A stretch of 64,000 bases of DNA from Trichosphaerium sp. ATCC 40318 (taxonomy: Eukaryota > Protista > Tubulinea). The position numbers and the translations under genes are program-made. Of the stretch, positions 61,128 through 64,000 are shown piece after piece (positions within the stretch are counted from its first letter, which is position 1; each line of letters begins with the position of its first letter). The stretch spans positions 124,001 to 188,000 of the forward strand of contig JALMLS010000093.1 in assembly GCA_038496445.1 (NCBI GenBank). Direction: 5' to 3'. Under the pieces are notes generated by a model. It made no database searches. It saw nothing but the letters and a program-made list of their open reading frames with translations, and had not been told where the DNA came from.

Positions 61128-63440
61128 ATGGCCGTAAAAGAAAGAAAACGAAGCGTGACTGCTGAGGCAACGTCAAATCATATTGGAATGTTGATCAAAC
61201 GCCGTTGGCGGATTACAGAGCTGATTGGTAAGGGAGGATTTGGTTACGTCTACAAAGGTACATGTTTTGTATTTGTAATAATCAGGAGGAAATTAACGCA
61301 ATTTAGGTGTGGACGCAAAAAATAAAGAAAAGGAGGACGTGGCCGTAAAGATGGTACGTATTTGCAATTGCCGAAGCTTTTTCAATGAGTTTGGTTAAAA
61401 CTTACGTGATCAACCTAAACTCTGTAAAACAGGAAAAACGAGCTGGAAAAAACTACCTGGAGAAGGAAGCTAAATTCTACAAGCAGTTGCGTAGTGGTAA
61501 GTCGGGTCAACCGCTATGTGCCAAAAATTGCAGTACAAACATACTAACCCGAAATCAAGAGCCAGGGGTGCCAGAAGCCTTCTGGTTTGGCGAACACAAG
61601 GGAAGTGACGTCTTGGTAACAGCACTCAAAGGTCCAAGTCTGTCTGACTTATTTTATCGCTGTGGAAAGAGGTTCAGCATAAAGACAGTTCTCATGCTAG
61701 CTTCGCAAATGGTACAGTGCTGTTGTGAAAAATAATTATTTCTCATTTCGCTTTTTTTTTTTTTTCGTATTTTCCGCCGAAAGACACGTTAATATCTCAC
61801 GCCACAACTTAGATTGATCGCATAGAGTCACTGCACAACGTTGGCATTGTACACAGAGATATAAAGCCGGGTAAGAGAGCATAGAAATACACAAAGCGCC
61901 GGTTTTTTTTCTTTTTTTTTTGACAAAGACGGAAAACGAAAACGCGAAAAATATTTCAAAAAACAAAGATACTAACTCTTAGGGTGCGTAGGTAATTTTT
62001 TGATGGGTCAAAATGATCAAGCGCACAAAGTTTTTGTAATTGACTTTGGATTGGCATCGACCTTTCGCACACCTGATGGCAGCCATATTCCATACAATCC
62101 CAACGCTAGTTTCCACGGGACACATCGCTATGCCTCTGCAAATAGCCATGAGCGCATAGGTACATAGTCATTTATTATTTCACGTTTTTTGAGCATTTGA
62201 GTATCACGTTAAGCATGCAAAAAAAAACCACGCCAAATAGGTTTAAAATCGTTTTTGCACGCGCAACTAAACCTTACAGCACAACCAATTCCTCGTGGTC
62301 TTTGCATTCTTGCTGTTTTTTTATTATTGACAACTAAATGATGTGGGTAGAACAGAGCAGACGAGACGATCTAGAAGCGTTGGGTTATGTACTTATTTAC
62401 TTTGCAAAGGTACATAAATATATTTCTTTCTTGTGGACATTGTCAACCATCACTTGCTTAACAATCCAATTATAGGGCGGATTGCCTTGGCAGAATCTAG
62501 ATATCAAGAGAAAAAAGCGTAAAAAGATTGGTGAAATAAAGAGAAACACGACTGTCGAAGCCATAACGAAAGGTCTTCCGAGTACGCCCTTGTTTTGTAG
62601 TCTTTATCGTCGTACTTACAAAGACGCAGAGGCATTCGAAGAGTACTTTTCTTATGCACGCAAGTTGAAGTTTGACAGCAAGCCCAATTATAATTTCTTG
62701 CGCGAATTATTCCGGTAAGTACCAACGCCACTCCACAAACAGAATCAATATTATATTTATTTATCGTTTTGTGAGTATTTACTGAATGTACCTGTCTAGC
62801 GAATGTATGGCACAACACAACTATGACATGGATTATCAATACGATTGGTATCCGGTACGCCCACGCCTTTATCTATGTACATATACCTCATTTCTGTCAA
62901 TCCTCTCCATTTGGCTTGGACATTTATTTGTTTTGCTACACCAACACTTTGCTGACATTTGTCGTGGATTCTAGGACACATTCAAGCCCAGAGATAAAAC
63001 AGAGTCCACAAGTTCCGCAGCTCAACCTAATAAATATAGCCAAGAACTGGATTCCATTGGAGAGCATCACACAGCACACAGACAAGTCGTTGCAAGGCGC
63101 ACAGGTGTAAAAACAAGTGCAAAGACAACGGGCGCCAAGGCAACAGGCGTAAAGACAACTGTCAAGACGGCTGTCAAGGCGACTGTCAAAACAACTACTG
63201 CAAAGCGAGCACAAAAGCGAAAACCTCCATCGACATCAAAACAGCCTTCGTACGTAAACAGGCATTCATATCTTTGCTGAATCACATTTTTGGTGTTTTT
63301 TTTTTTTGGTCTGTTTTCTTTGCAATGGTTTCCCATGTCAACTTGTATTTATTTCTTTTGCGCAGTCATAAAAAACAGAGACGACAATATAATCTGCGCG
63401 CACGAACAGCAAACAGGACAAAAAGTAGTCCGCGAAATTG
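61128..63440 (+). CDS. Casein kinase 1 family protein kinase with a basic C-terminal tail
   Basis: IGKGGFGYVYKG, VAVKME, GPSLSDLF..CGKRFSIKTVLMLASQM, HRDIKPGNFLMG, IDFGLA, GTHRYAS, EQSRRDDLEALGYVL, LPWQNL. Confidence 0.95.
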
Positions 63441-63845
63441 ATTTTGTACAATACTAATAGAAATCATAAAAAAATATCTCAAATGTAAATACAAATTCCG
63501 AACAAACGGGCAAATCAACACATCCAAGAATACGTTTTTTTATTAATTTGACAACACTCTCCGACCACAAACCGAAACTAAGGTACTTGGTATGGAGCAC
63601 TTTATTTAGAGATAGCGGTCCGGTATTAAAAAATGTGTAATACAGAGAGTACACATGGATAGATATGGTCAGGCTCAGCTATCTTTGTTTTAATTATTAA
63701 TATTATATGTATTCTGCTTAACTAATTGATGGCAGCACTGGGCGTAATCAACTCCGAGTTTCAAGGTTGGCATTGGGTGTATACAGGTGCTTTGCTCAAT
63801 CATAGTGCTATGCAATGCAGTTGACTCGCGCTCTAGTTTGGCAGC

Positions 63846-64000
63846 TCATTCTGGTTTAATGGTGATGCCTTGTTTCTTCAATCTGCGGTAGAGAGACGCT
63901 TGTGTTCTCGTCAGGGCGGTGTGTGCCTCGGCTGTAAGTTTCGACCAAGCTTCGCGTTCATTCATTTTGGCTTGCTTCATCGCACGGATTTGTTTTGCGA
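63846..64000 (-). CDS. 3' end of a gene entering from the right edge, unknown product
   Basis: One frame is open from the edge (AKQIRAMKQAKMNEREAWSKL...KKQGITIKPE) to TGA at 63846-63848. Confidence 0.4.
   Translation of the reverse strand, partial: AKQIRAMKQAKMNEREAWSKLTAEAHTALTRTQASLYRRLKKQGITIKPE

Noticed and set aside
1-64000. Numerous short antisense or overlapping ORFs; tRNA/rRNA genes; alternative genetic code
   Set aside because: The short ORFs are shadows of spliced genes with no independent motifs. No tRNA or rRNA structure was recognised by eye, though this needs tRNAscan/Infernal. Conserved genes end in TAA, TAG and TGA normally.

Overview
Gene-dense, intron-rich eukaryotic nuclear DNA. 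The gene content (SH2/RasGEF signalling, INTS13, Ku80 with a DNA-PKcs-type tail) suggests an amoebozoan-like protist, but that is inference. About 26 protein-coding genes were reconstructed by hand across very short (mostly about 27-80 nt) GT-AG and occasional GC-AG introns. Recognisable products: PX-RapGAP, a Pol-beta-type nucleotidyltransferase-like protein, a PH-RhoGAP-SH2-SH2-RasGEF protein, RhoGDI, a TEX2/Nvj2-like SMP protein, an amino-acid transporter, a START protein, ANKRD39, a kelch protein, a membrane MORN/alpha-beta hydrolase, INTS13, a RING-less MAT1, an Mpr1-like GNAT, a WDR59-OXR1/TLDc fusion, an R2R3-Myb, Ku80, a PPR protein, a filamin-repeat protein and casein kinase 1. Three things stand out. 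(1) Three paralogs are built from about 75-aa tandem 'DWY' modules. Two end in a Vsr/DUF559/RAP-like PD-(D/E)XK nuclease domain and one stops exactly before it, so this is a candidate modular repeat-guided nuclease family. (2) An island of about 8 kb (36.9-44.9 kb) is CpG-depleted and made of nested elements: L1/Tx1-like retrotransposon pieces with poly(A) tails and 16-18-bp TSDs, and a family of CAGT-terminated TIR elements with variable 2-bp TSDs and different subterminal minisatellites. (3) There is an apparent fusion of a GATOR2 subunit (WDR59) with a V-ATPase regulator (LysM-TLDc). CDS coordinates are start-to-stop spans including introns, and exon structures are manual inferences.
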